From: Promethearchaeota archaeon
GTDB lineage: Archaea > Asgardarchaeota > Lokiarchaeia > Sigyniarchaeales > SOKP01
Reading direction: 5' to 3'
Length of the DNA: 23,240 nt
Assembly: GCA_019058015.1 (NCBI GenBank)
Contig: JAHLWH010000083.1
Span: 1-23,240, forward strand
In this document: piece by piece, positions 10,325-20,019 of the stretch
Position numbering within the stretch: the first letter of the stretch is position 1
Layout: every line of letters starts with the position of its first letter
Translations under genes and position numbers: made by a program
The notes under the pieces: generated by a model
The model's input: the letters and a program-made list of their open reading frames with translations, nothing else
What the model was told of the DNA's origin: nothing
Database searches by the model: none

Positions 10325-10447
10325 GCCTCAGTAGCTCAGTCGGTAGGGCATCGTTAAATATGGTGTGCCAAAAGCACTCGGCTGTTAAATAATTTAACAG
10401 ATTGTACAGCCACCGAGCGGTCACATGTTCGATCCATGTCTGGGGCG
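10325..10447 (+). tRNA. tRNA-Asn(GTT) with two introns (10347..10372 in the D arm; 10388..10411 canonical 37/38)
   Basis: Acceptor is GCCTCAG/CTGGGGC with discriminator G. Anticodon stem is CTCGG/CCGAG and the loop is CTGTTA|A. T arm is ACATG-TTCGATC-CATGT. The canonical intron shows CTGT/ACAG exon-intron pairing with bulged splice sites. Removing 10347-10372 gives the consensus D arm GCTCAGTCGGTAGAGCA. That intron has a relaxed BHB with 3 of 4 central base pairs. Confidence 0.85.
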
Positions 10448-11532
10448 CTTTTTTTTATTTTGCTTTTCATTTTGTTTTGTTTTTAAAATCTTTAAAAAAA
10501 TATCAATATCTTTATCTTTAAGAAACTGTTTTGCTTCTCTATAATTTTTTGGGCCATTTGGACCAAATATTTCTTTTATTATTCTATTTATTGTTGGACC
10601 AGAGATGTTATATTTTTTTTTTAAATCCTTCTTTAGGATCTTATTTTTTATATCAGTTAGAAACTCTTTCTTATTAGATATTTATTTATCTTTCCACCTC
10701 TTTTCCGCTGCTTTAAGCATCTTTTCTTTAAATTCGGGAGTTTCTCTTACTTTTTTCTGCTTTTTTTGATATTCTTTATCTTTCCACCTCTTTTCCACCC
10801 CTTTACTTACTTTTTCTCGATGTTCTGGATCTTTCCACTTATTTTCCTTTCCTTTTCTATGTTTTTCTTTAAATTCGGGAGTTTCTCTTACTTTTCTCTG
10901 ATTTTTTTGATATTCTTTATCTTTCCACTTCTTTTTCATTCCTTTACTCACTCCGTTGCTTACTTTTTCTCGATGTTCTGGGTCTTTCAACTTCTCTTCC
11001 ATTGCTGTACTCACTCCTTTACTTACTTTTCGTTGATGTTCTGGGTCTTTCCACTTCTCTTCCATATATTTTTTTATTTTTTCTTTTACTTCTGGTCGTA
11101 ATTTTCCGCCCTCTCCACCATCACTCATATTATAACCTTTTTTGGGATTCATTGAATTATATTTCTTAATCCAATCCTTTTCTTTCTCATCTAATTCTTT
11201 TTGGTTATTTGCAGTATCAATTTTTTTAATAGAAAATGCTTTTCCCCATATTTTCTAATACTATTTTGCAAATGTGGAGAACTATAACTCTTATTTTTAG
11301 CATCTTTTATGTGTTCTTTCCATCTTTCTTCCCATTTTTTTCTTGTAGTTTGTCCAATATATACTTTTCCATTTACTGTGTTTGTTGCTTTATAAATATA
11401 TCCATAAGACTGTTCAAATTCTTTCTTTGGCTCTAAAAATTCATTTGAAACCTTATCTGTAAGGGCTTCTTTCTTGTTTTCCTCTTGCTTTATATTTACA
11501 TCTCTCCTTTTTTCAATCGCTTCCGAAGTCAT
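10421..11532 (-). pseudogene. GIY-YIG homing-endonuclease-like gene (GIY-YIG domain, basic NUMOD-like repeats, C-terminal HTH), multiply disrupted
   Basis: ORF 11191..11532 encodes YGYIYKATNTVNGKVYIGQTTRKKWEERWKEH...YGEKHF. The rest of the domain (ELDEKEKDWIKKYNSMNPKKGYNMSDGGEGG) continues in another frame after a T7 run at 11221-11227. Repeats of WKDPEHREKVSKGV / WKDKEYQKxQxKVRETPEFKEK follow. There is an in-frame TAA at 10682-10684, then ISNKKEFLTDIKNKILKKDLKKK. A frameshift at the T10 run 10613-10622 leads to YNISGPTINRIIKEIFG (HTH-like). The reading frame runs into the 3' end of tRNA-Asn. Confidence 0.7.
10449..10456 (+). terminator. Oligo-T tract directly after tRNA-Asn
   Basis: T8 run starting 2 nt after the discriminator base. 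Archaeal RNAP terminates at oligo-T. Such runs are common in this AT-rich DNA. Confidence 0.35.
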
Positions 11533-11546
11533 CTTATTCTTAATTT

Positions 11547-12888
11547 TTAATTATTTTTTACCTTTTTAAAATCCGAGTTTTCTTTATTTGATATGTTTTC
11601 GCTTCCATTCAATTCTTGCTTTTTTTGCTCTTGTTTCTCTTGGTTAGAAAGTAGGTTTTTTAATTCTTTAGCCTTTTCTTTTGAAATTTGCAATTCGTCT
11701 TTCAATTCTTCGCTTTTTTGTTTTTGTTTGAGCTCAATCTTTTTCTTTTCTAATACCTCTCCCTTTTTTACTCTTAATTTTTCATTATTTATTATTTCAG
11801 AGTGAGAAAAATTATCGTTAAATTCTGTTAATTGTTTCTCAATTTGTGCGTTTTCTTTTGTTAATTCTTTTAATTTTTTTTCATATCCTTCACGCGTTAT
11901 AATTCCGTTAAAAATTCCCTCTTGTAATTTCTTTATACTATGATCAATTAAATTGTTATTGTTGTTTCGTTGTTTTTCTAAATCATTAATTTTATTTGTA
12001 ATATCTTTAATTTCTTTGTACTTTTCTAAATGCTCCTTCGTCACTTTCTTTTTCTCAATCTCTTTCTCCTTCTCTTTCTTCGGTTCACTAATTTTTTTTT
12101 TTTCACTTGAAATATCTCGCTTATTTTTTGTATCTATATTTTTTGATTTTTTTTCCTTTATTTTTTCACTTTCTTTACTATCCTTTTCCTTAACTTTTTT
12201 TTGTTCTTTATGTTCTCGGTTAATATCTTTGGATTTTTTCTTTTCTTCCAAAATTTCTTCTTTAGATTTTGAAGTCTCTTTTCTCTTCTTCTCTTCAACT
12301 TTTGATTTTTCCTCTTTTACTTTTTCATCACTATTTTTAATAGGCTCTTTTTTTGTTTTATTTTCTACTTTTTCTGAGGTCTTATCAATTTTTTCTGAAT
12401 CATTTTTTGATTTAAATACTAATAGATTTTTATTATCGCCTTTAACTTTCTTTTTACTTTCAATACTATCCTTTGATATTTGCTCTTGAAGTTTCTTATC
12501 AAAATTTATTAAACTCTCTGAAGGGAGAGGTGTGATTCTAGTCTTTTTAACACTTCTTAGAAAATCCTCATAAGAAATTCTTCTATTACTCTCCTTAGCG
12601 TTATATAGATCAATATCCCCTGAATGCATATCAAAAGTATATTTATTTCCATTTATACCTTTATTTTTATCTGCTTTTGTATCTTCTATTAGTTGTTCTG
12701 GAGATCTTTCATCAAAATGTGGAAACTTTTTATAAGAGTAAGGCAAAATTCTCGTTTTTTTAAACGGTTTTCATAAATTCCTCATATGAAACATAGTTAT
12801 CACTAACTTCTTTCGAAGTGTCTGATTTCTTTTCACGTTTTTTATCACTCTTAGTATCTTTAAATATATTTCCGCTAATTCCACTCAT
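11547..12888 (-). pseudogene. Lys/Glu-rich tandem-repeat protein, copy B; N-terminal 47 codons separated by a 1-nt frameshift
   Basis: ORF 11547..12746 is paralogous to 95..1528 (YKKFPHFDE..., ISYEDFLRSVKKTRITPL..., NSDEKVKEEKSKVEEKK). Upstream, 12747-12888 encodes MSGISGNIFKDTKSDKKREKKSDTSKEVSDNYVSYEEFMKTV. This matches the copy A N-terminus but is out of frame because of one extra base at 12762-12764 (gttt+A7 versus gtt+A7 in copy A). It has two 71-aa units instead of three. A 399-aa product from ATG 12746 remains possible. Confidence 0.65.
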
Positions 12889-13161
12889 TTTACATCAATA
12901 TGTCAATTTTTACAAATTTTATTTTATTGATGAACTCTAATTAAAAAAATTATAAATTGAAACTATTTAAATAAAAAAAGAGAGATTTGGTTATAAAATT
13001 CAATATCTAAATAATTTTTTAATTAAGTTATAACTTTAAATAAAGAATCTCCATAGTTCTTTGATAAAATCAAAATTATATCACTAACATTCGTAAGTAC
13101 CCAAAAGCTGCAATAATTTTCGATTTTTTTAAATAATAAGGATTAAAGAATAATATTTTTA

Positions 13162-13255
13162 TGCTCTCGCCGGGATTCGAACCCGGGTCACCAGGGTGAA
13201 AGCCTAGCATGCTTAGCCTCAATTTTAAAGTTTGGCCGAGCTACACTACGAGAGC
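13162..13255 (-). tRNA. tRNA-Glu(TTC) with a ~19-nt intron in the D loop/stem junction (about 13213..13231)
   Basis: Acceptor is GCTCTCG/CGAGAGC with discriminator A. Anticodon stem is CTAGG/CCTGG and the loop is CTTTCAC. The variable loop is 4 nt. T arm is CCGGG-TTCGAAT-CCCGG. D region GTGTAGCTCGGCCAA...CATG has 19 extra nt. A GGCC/GGCT 4-bp helix is flanked by AAA and AAG bulges. Boundaries are +/-2 nt. Confidence 0.8.
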
Positions 13256-13431
13256 AAATTTTTTTTTTTAATTAATTTATTGAAAAATATTAATAATAAA
13301 ATTAAAATTTATTTATGAGGTTTTTTCTTAAATTAAAAAAAACAAATTAAAAATTATCATAATATAAATATTTTAATGAAAAAATTATTTTCTATATAAT
13401 ATTATAGGAGTATAACTATAATTTGAAAAAT

Positions 13432-13533
13432 GCAGGGATCGCCAAGCCTGGTCAAAAAATAGTATTGATTAAAGGCGGTGGACTTAGGATTCACTCTCAT
13501 AGGAGTACGGGGGTTCAAATCCCCCTCCCTGCA
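13432..13533 (+). tRNA. tRNA-Leu(TAG) with a 17-nt intron in the D loop (13456..13472)
   Basis: Acceptor is GCAGGGA/TCCCTGC with discriminator A. Anticodon stem is GTGGA/TTCAC and the loop is CTTAGGA. The long variable arm is TCTCATAGGAGTAC. T arm is GGGGG-TTCAAAT-CCCCC. Removing 17 nt restores the class II D arm GCCAAGCCTGGTCAAAGGCG. A GGTC/GATT helix is flanked by AAA/AAA bulges. Confidence 0.85.
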
Positions 13534-13680
13534 AATTAAGAAAAGAAGGATATACAAAGATTTATCTAAAAGCATTATTGAAATTAAAATAACTTTAAAT
13601 TTTATAAAAATCAATATAATTTTAATAAAATAATCCACAAGAATTAAAAAAACAAGGAAATAGTTTGTATGGTTATATAA

Positions 13681-14682
13681 ATGAGTATTAGGGAATCATT
13701 AATTAAATATTTAACAGCGATTCTAAGATCTTCAAAAGAAACTTTGATGGTAATATTGTGTGATGAAAATGGATTATCAATCGCTCACATAGGCAGAAAA
13801 AGTGACCTTAAATTAGATGCTAATGTAATTACTGGACTTGCTTCAATATCTTTTTCTGCAAGTGAAGAAAATTGGAATGATTTGGGAATTAAAGACCAGA
13901 TTATTTCCTTTTCTTTTTTTAAAAAAGTTTGTTTAATTACAATTAGAATAAATCAAACATTATTAACTATAGTGCATAACTATAAAGGTGAATGGCCTTT
14001 AGATCCTGATAATCTTGCAAGTAGTACTTATCACTTAAAAAGAGAAATTGGTAATTTTTTTGGCGGATTTCCTAATTCAGAAAAGGATTTAGAAGAATTT
14101 TCTAATAAAGTTCGCAGTGCAATTTATTTATTTTCAATGGGAACAGAAATCTCTTTTACTTCATATAATAATGATAATTACAAGGACTTAGAGACGCTAC
14201 AAGCAATAGGAAATATTTTGGATTCAATTAAAAATCCGGTTTTTTCTAGATATAGTTTGGTGAATCTTTCTGGTTTAACTTTAGATGCAAGAGATGTATC
14301 TGATCAATCTTTACCCTTAACTATAGAAGCTTTCTCAGCAAATGCAAATGTTGGTTTCCAAAAAATGTTAGAAGAAACTCAAAATATTGCTTTGGGAAAA
14401 CTTTTATTATATATATGTATTTCTGGTCAAGATTCTGAATCTTTTTATGGAATTTTAGCATGTCATTCAGGAGAATTACAGTTTTCTGATGAAATTACAA
14501 AAGAATTAAATATACAAAATATTTCTTTTGTTGCTTTATTTCCTTTAACATTTGGCGGAATTCCAGTAATGGGGGAAGCACGAAATATTATATTTTCTAT
14601 ATTAGAAATAATAGGAACTAATGATATCACGGAACAATTAATAAATTCTATAAATATCATTACAAGTTCAAAATTCGAATAA
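13681..14682 (+). CDS. Roadblock/LC7 (MglB-like) domain protein, probably tandem domains
   Basis: N-terminus is ...LMVILCDENGLSIAHIG...ITGLASISFSASEE...LITIRINQTLLTIV, resembling the Roadblock/LC7 fold pattern. A second similar segment starts at about aa 190 (SLVNLSGLTLDARD...). This is a motif-level call only. Confidence 0.5.
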   Translation: MSIRESLIKYLTAILRSSKETLMVILCDENGLSIAHIGRKSDLKLDANVITGLASISFSASEENWNDLGIKDQIISFSFFKKVCLITIRINQTLLTIVHNYKGEWPLDPDNLASSTYHLKREIGNFFGGFPNSEKDLEEFSNKVRSAIYLFSMGTEISFTSYNNDNYKDLETLQAIGNILDSIKNPVFSRYSLVNLSGLTLDARDVSDQSLPLTIEAFSANANVGFQKMLEETQNIALGKLLLYICISGQDSESFYGILACHSGELQFSDEITKELNIQNISFVALFPLTFGGIPVMGEARNIIFSILEIIGTNDITEQLINSINIITSSKFE

Positions 14683-14684
14683 AC

Positions 14685-15140
14685 TTAATTTTTAGTTAGG
14701 CCTTCGAAATTTAATTTTAAAAATTCAGTTCCCCAAGAAAATTTCGAGAGAAGTAATTTTGCGAATGGTTTAAATCCTATAATGTACAAAGCTGCGGCTA
14801 GTGCTTCAACAGAACTTAATTTTTCCCATTTACCATAATTTACCGGATTTGTTGCGATTAGTGGGGGTAGTTTTCTTTTATTTTTAAATTTTAAAGTTGT
14901 AATATTTAAAATATTTTTCCAGGAGCAATCAATTACTGTAATTCCATACTTAATCACCAAATTAATATCTTTTTCTGATAATAATCTTTCTGCAAAGGGG
15001 TCTAAAAGAATAGAATTTTTCATTTTATTAATTACAATATTAGAGGTTGTTACTAAACCGAATTTTTTTAGTTTTAGTGAAGTACATTTTGTGGGGTCGC
15101 ATTCATTAAAATGTAATGCAAAGAGTTTGATTTTGTTCAT
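14685..15140 (-). CDS. tsr3: 16S/18S rRNA aminocarboxypropyltransferase Tsr3 (DUF367)
   Basis: Contains CDPTKCTSLKL, ILLDPFA, VIDCSW, RKLPPLIATNPVNYGKWEKLSSVEALAAALYIIG and FSWGTEFLKLN, which are characteristic Tsr3 motifs. Confidence 0.9.
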   Translation of the reverse strand: MNKIKLFALHFNECDPTKCTSLKLKKFGLVTTSNIVINKMKNSILLDPFAERLLSEKDINLVIKYGITVIDCSWKNILNITTLKFKNKRKLPPLIATNPVNYGKWEKLSSVEALAAALYIIGFKPFAKLLLSKFSWGTEFLKLNFEGLTKN

Positions 15141-15199
15141 TTGTAAAAAAAAGTTGAGATATTTATTTATGTAAAAATAAAAAATTAAAAAAAATATAT

Positions 15200-16831
15200 T
15201 TAATCCATATCCGGGGGCATTTGTGGACCACCAGCTCCTGCTTTCATTCCACCTGAGGCAGCTATTACATCATCTATTTTTAAAATCATCGATGAAACTT
15301 CTGTTGCAGATTGGATAGCTTGCATTAAAACCACTAAAGGTTCAATTACACCCTCTTCGATCATATTGCTTGGTTTTCCAGTTTGAATATTCACACCTAT
15401 TGCTTTACCATCGGGGGTATCATGTTTCGCCCTTAATTCAACTAATAAATCAACTGGATCAAATCCTGCATTTTCTGCTAAAGTAGTTGGGACAACCTCT
15501 AAAGAATAAGCATATGCTTCTATTGCTAATTGTTCTCTACCACCAATAGTTGTGGCAAAATCCCTTAATTGTTTTGATAATTCTATTTCCGAAGATCCGC
15601 CACCTCCTAAAATATATGGATTATTTATTATATTTCTTACAACACATAAAGCGTCATTTAATGTCCTTTCTGCTTCATCCACAACATGTTCAACACCCCC
15701 TCGAATTAAAATACTTACAGCTTTTGGATCTGAACATTCTGAAACAAAAATCATATTGTCAGTACCAACTTTTTTTTCTTCTACCAATCCAGATGCTCCA
15801 AGATCTTCTGAAGAAAGTTCAACAAGATTGGTTGTAATCTTAGCTTTTGTAGCTCTTGATAATTTTTCCATATCTGAACGTTTTACTCTTCTAATTGCAA
15901 TTATATTTTCTCTTGCTAAAAGATTCTGAGCTTTATCATCAATTCCTTTTTGACAAAAGATTACACTTGCTCCTGAATTAACAATTGCAGATACTTTTCT
16001 TTTTAGCATATTTTCTTCTTCCTCAAGAAAACGAGTTATTTGATCTGGTGATTGAATTTTAATTTCAGCATCGAATTCAGTCTTTTCAATTTCTAAAGGA
16101 GCATCGATTAGAGCTATTTTTGTATTTTTTAAGCTCTTAGGCATCATTGGGTGTACTATTTCTTTATCAATGATCAATCCGTTGATTAATTCAGTATCTG
16201 ACAGACTTCTTCCTTCTTTTTTAATTATTTGAATTTGATCTATATCAATTATTTTTAAGTCTCCTCTAAGATCAATAATTTGGAGTACAGATTTGACAGC
16301 AATTTCTGCAAAATGCTCCCTCGCTCCCACTATTGATTTACTATTCATTGCTGTTATTGCAGCCTGTTTTAATATTTTTTTATCGGAACTATCTACCTTT
16401 TCTGCAATTTCTTTTAATATATCTTTACTTTTGATTAGAGCTTTTCTATATCCTCTCAAAATAATTGTTGGATGAACTGATTGATCAATCAATTCCAGTG
16501 CTGATTTTAGAAGTGATCCTCCAATTATTACACTTGTTGTTGTTCCATCTCCGACTCTTAAATCTTGAGTTTTTGCAATTTCTATCATCATTTTAGCTGC
16601 TGGATGCTGTACATCTATTTCATCGAGTATTGTAGCCCCATCATTAGTGATTGTTACATCTCCTAAAGAATCAACTAACATTTTATCCATTCCTTTTGGA
16701 CCTAATGTCGTTCTTATTGCTTCAGATACAGCTATAGAAGCAGTTATATTATTTTTCTGCGCATTTCTTCCCTGTCTTCTTTCAGTGCCTTCTTTTAAAA
16801 CAATTACTGGAACTCCTGAGAATTGTACCAT
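15200..16831 (-). CDS. ths: Thermosome subunit (group II chaperonin)
   Basis: 543 aa with [37 protein letters not shown] and VIEPLVV, plus a Gly/Met-rich C-terminal tail. Confidence 0.95.
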   Translation of the reverse strand: MVQFSGVPVIVLKEGTERRQGRNAQKNNITASIAVSEAIRTTLGPKGMDKMLVDSLGDVTITNDGATILDEIDVQHPAAKMMIEIAKTQDLRVGDGTTTSVIIGGSLLKSALELIDQSVHPTIILRGYRKALIKSKDILKEIAEKVDSSDKKILKQAAITAMNSKSIVGAREHFAEIAVKSVLQIIDLRGDLKIIDIDQIQIIKKEGRSLSDTELINGLIIDKEIVHPMMPKSLKNTKIALIDAPLEIEKTEFDAEIKIQSPDQITRFLEEEENMLKRKVSAIVNSGASVIFCQKGIDDKAQNLLARENIIAIRRVKRSDMEKLSRATKAKITTNLVELSSEDLGASGLVEEKKVGTDNMIFVSECSDPKAVSILIRGGVEHVVDEAERTLNDALCVVRNIINNPYILGGGGSSEIELSKQLRDFATTIGGREQLAIEAYAYSLEVVPTTLAENAGFDPVDLLVELRAKHDTPDGKAIGVNIQTGKPSNMIEEGVIEPLVVLMQAIQSATEVSSMILKIDDVIAASGGMKAGAGGPQMPPDMD

Positions 16832-17268
16832 TTTTTTTCCCTTTATTAATATTAATTTCGATATTTTATATTTATAGAACTCTATGTCATAAAAATATTT
16901 CCTTTTTTTAAAAGATTGTAAGGGTTAATGAGATTATTCTATTTTTTTAGAAAATTTTACAAAAGCAATGTTGAAAAAATAGTTTTTGTTGTAATTAATC
17001 AATATTTTCGATTGGTTTATGATTAACTTGTCATTCTTTAATATTTAAAGATTAGTCTTAAAGAAGAATCAGTTTTGACTTATCTTTACTAATTAAAAGA
17101 TCAGTATTTTTAAAATAAAAAGATTTTAGATGATTAGTAAACCAGTTGCAAAAGTTAAAAAACGAAATAATGATTAAAAATTACAGTTCTTCTGAGATAA
17201 GGTTAAATTAAAAGAAATCTGAATTTATGGTTTAGTATTTAAATTTAATATCCAAATTTTTTTTTGAA

Positions 17269-20019
17269 ATGGTTGATTTTTTTTGGGTTTTACTTTATTA
17301 CGGTTTTTTTTGTTTTCTAATTTTCATTAATTTTCTATTTTTCCTTTTAAGAAAAAGAGGATTTAACATACCCAACCATAAGAAATCAATATTATTTCTA
17401 AATACAACGAATATATTCTTTTTAATTTTTTATTATATATTTCAAATTAATATAAAATCTGAATCAGTTCCGTTAAATGTCTTTATTTCTCTTATATTAA
17501 TTGGTATAATTCTTTCAATAATATTACTAGTTTTGTCATCCTTTTATCCAGTTAATAGGAAAATTATAGATTTATCGATTCCCTCTCGAATGGATTCAAG
17601 AAAAGGTAAAATAAAAATTGGTCGGTTGGTTAGGAAAAGGAGGAAAAGATTTAATTTTTATTTAACAAAAAAAGACTTAGAAAGACATATGTTTATTTTT
17701 GGATTTACAGGAACAGGTAAAAGCAATTTTGTACAAAATTTTTTAATAAATTTTAAAAAAAGAGAAAGTATTCCATTTTTTTTAGTAGAATTTAAAGGAG
17801 AATATAAGTTTCTATGTAAAAGGTTAAAGAATATTTTAATTTTATCTCCTGGAGAAAATTTTTCAATTAATATTTTCAATCCGGAATTTACAATTCCATC
17901 TATTCATGCTGAAAAAATATTTGAGATCTTAAAAAGCTCACAATTTCTCGAATCTAAAGTTGAATATACACCACAAATGGAAAAAGTTTTAATAGATCTC
18001 CTAATAAATGTTTGTAATAAAAAAAATGCAAGAAATTGGCAAAGTTTTCATAATTTTTGTGAAGAATATTTACTTAAATATGAAAATCAAATCCCCCAAT
18101 TAAAACAAACGATTATAAGCATAAAGAATAGGATTCGTAGGTTTTCTGAAGGACCTTTAAAAAAAGTTTTTGAAAATAATACATCAATTTCTATAAAAGA
18201 GATTTTACAAAGAGATTGTATTTTAGATTTAAGTTCAATTATTCGTCTTGGTGGAGATAAAGAGGATTTAATTTTCTTTTTAAACGTTATACTTAAATAT
18301 TTGTGGGATTATAACTTAGAATCTGGCATGTATCAGGGGATTAAACACGTTACTATTGTTGAAGACGCTCAATATTTTGCTCCAAAAAGTAAAACTAAAA
18401 AAAGTAAATTAAGTACTTATTTAGAGGATATTGCCTTATTACTAAGGGGAACTGGTGAATGTCTTATATGTATTGCCACTCGACCTGATATAAGTGAAGA
18501 AATATTAGCAAATTCAGGTGTTGTTGTAAGTTTTAAAAATTATTATGAAAAGGAAATATTGGGAGAATTAATGTCTTTACCAAAAGATCATTATGATTAT
18601 TTATCTTATTTAAATGAAGGTCAATGTATTGTAAGAGTAAATTCAATGAAAGAACCATTTGTTCTTCAAATTCCTTTTAAGGCAGAAAAAAAAAGTAAAT
18701 TAGACCCAAAGCTAGAGAATCAAATTTTGATTTTACTGAAAAAGAAGATCAAAACATTATTTAATTCGATAAAAAAAGGATTAAAATTTAAATCTATTAA
18801 CTTTGAAAAGTCATTTAGAAGAACTAAACATGAAATTTTGAACCCCTTTAATAGAAATAATAAAAATTTAGTTGAGTTTAAAAAAGATACAGAGGATAAG
18901 TTTTCAAATAACGCTGAAAGAAATACTATGAAAAATTTTTATGAGAAAAAGAAAATAACAATTAAAAATTTAAAAGAGCGGATCAAGAGTGCTCAAAAAT
19001 ATTATTTGAGTAAATCTTTTGAATATTGTAAACTGGAATGCAAAAATATCATTGAGGAACTTTTAGAGCAAATAGCATGTCGACTAAATTACAAATTCTA
19101 TAATATTAATGATTTTCTAGCGAATATTGAAAAAAATCAATTAAAAAAGAGTTTTATTATATATTCAGAATTAAAGAAACTCAGTAAAATTATTGAAATA
19201 AGCGATTCTTCAGGAAAAATTTCTGCAGAGGATGCTAATCTCCTTTTAAAATATACCAAAAAAGTATTCTTGAAATTAAATAATTTAAGAAAAAGCTTTA
19301 ATGGTAAAAATAGAAAATTTCATAGTGCGTATGAATATTATTTTAACGAGTTAAAAGAGGACATCGATTCAAATGAACTTATCAACGTTGAGGTGAAAGG
19401 AGAAACAGATGAAAAAAAAATTCCTAATTATTTATTAATATTATCAATTTTTGACAATACAAAAGGACCTATTCAGTTCTTAAAAATTTCAAGCTTAAAA
19501 TTATCAGATAAACTTCAGTCGATTATCTTTTCTTCTTTTAATGACAATATTGAAAGTAAGATACTTGTTCAAGAAGGATATAATATCTATAATCAATCAT
19601 TTCAAATCTCATCTAAATGGAGTCGAGAATTCAAAGAGAATGTATTATTATCTTTACTCTTTAAAGAAACAGAAATCTCAAAGGAAGTTGATAATACACA
19701 AATTTTTAATATATTAAATGCATCAATTAATGAGATTAAAAATAATAAAATGATTTTTAAAGGGTTTTATTTTCATAAAAGAACGAATTATTTTTCGAAA
19801 TTAGCAGTTAATCAAAAGGAAATACTTGAAAATTATAAAATTCTAAAAAAGATTTTTATTAAATTAAACAGAAAAATAAAATCCCTTTTTATGTCTTTTA
19901 AAAATTTTGAATTTTCTACCAAAAAGGAACAAGATTTTCAACTTTTAAAGCAATTAATTGAAAATTTAATTGAGCCAAATAACCCAAATAATTTAATTAA
20001 TGAAAAAATAGTCTCTTAA
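17269..20019 (+). CDS. Membrane-anchored HerA/FtsK-like (DUF87-type) P-loop ATPase with a long C-terminal extension
   Basis: Three N-terminal hydrophobic helices. Walker A is FGFTGTGKSNF, followed by PFFLVEFKGEY. Walker B-like is HVTIVEDAQYFAP. About 430 aa of Lys/Asn-rich C-terminal sequence has no recognised family. Confidence 0.65.
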   Translation: MVDFFWVLLYYGFFCFLIFINFLFFLLRKRGFNIPNHKKSILFLNTTNIFFLIFYYIFQINIKSESVPLNVFISLILIGIILSIILLVLSSFYPVNRKIIDLSIPSRMDSRKGKIKIGRLVRKRRKRFNFYLTKKDLERHMFIFGFTGTGKSNFVQNFLINFKKRESIPFFLVEFKGEYKFLCKRLKNILILSPGENFSINIFNPEFTIPSIHAEKIFEILKSSQFLESKVEYTPQMEKVLIDLLINVCNKKNARNWQSFHNFCEEYLLKYENQIPQLKQTIISIKNRIRRFSEGPLKKVFENNTSISIKEILQRDCILDLSSIIRLGGDKEDLIFFLNVILKYLWDYNLESGMYQGIKHVTIVEDAQYFAPKSKTKKSKLSTYLEDIALLLRGTGECLICIATRPDISEEILANSGVVVSFKNYYEKEILGELMSLPKDHYDYLSYLNEGQCIVRVNSMKEPFVLQIPFKAEKKSKLDPKLENQILILLKKKIKTLFNSIKKGLKFKSINFEKSFRRTKHEILNPFNRNNKNLVEFKKDTEDKFSNNAERNTMKNFYEKKKITIKNLKERIKSAQKYYLSKSFEYCKLECKNIIEELLEQIACRLNYKFYNINDFLANIEKNQLKKSFIIYSELKKLSKIIEISDSSGKISAEDANLLLKYTKKVFLKLNNLRKSFNGKNRKFHSAYEYYFNELKEDIDSNELINVEVKGETDEKKIPNYLLILSIFDNTKGPIQFLKISSLKLSDKLQSIIFSSFNDNIESKILVQEGYNIYNQSFQISSKWSREFKENVLLSLLFKETEISKEVDNTQIFNILNASINEIKNNKMIFKGFYFHKRTNYFSKLAVNQKEILENYKILKKIFIKLNRKIKSLFMSFKNFEFSTKKEQDFQLLKQLIENLIEPNNPNNLINEKIVS

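Noticed and set aside
10349-10365. Hairpin CATCG-TTAAATA-TGGTG resembling an anticodon arm with anticodon AAA
   Set aside because: It lies inside the first intron of tRNA-Asn and serves as that intron's inner helix. Using it as the anticodon arm leaves no valid cloverleaf.
10221-10424. ORF 10221..10424 (-), and also ORF 13402..13638 (-)
   Set aside because: They overlap tRNA-Asn and tRNA-Leu respectively. The open frames are explained by the tRNA sequence plus AT-rich spacer.
10766-12489. ORFs 10766..11101, 11236..11436, 11593..11805 and 11953..12489 on the plus strand
   Set aside because: They are shadow ORFs opposite the basic/K-E-rich minus-strand genes, with Phe/Ser-rich low complexity and no motifs.
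15550-16877. Plus-strand ORFs inside the thermosome gene (15550.., 15552.., 16293.., 16647..)
   Set aside because: They are antisense to a very confidently identified chaperonin gene, with no motifs.
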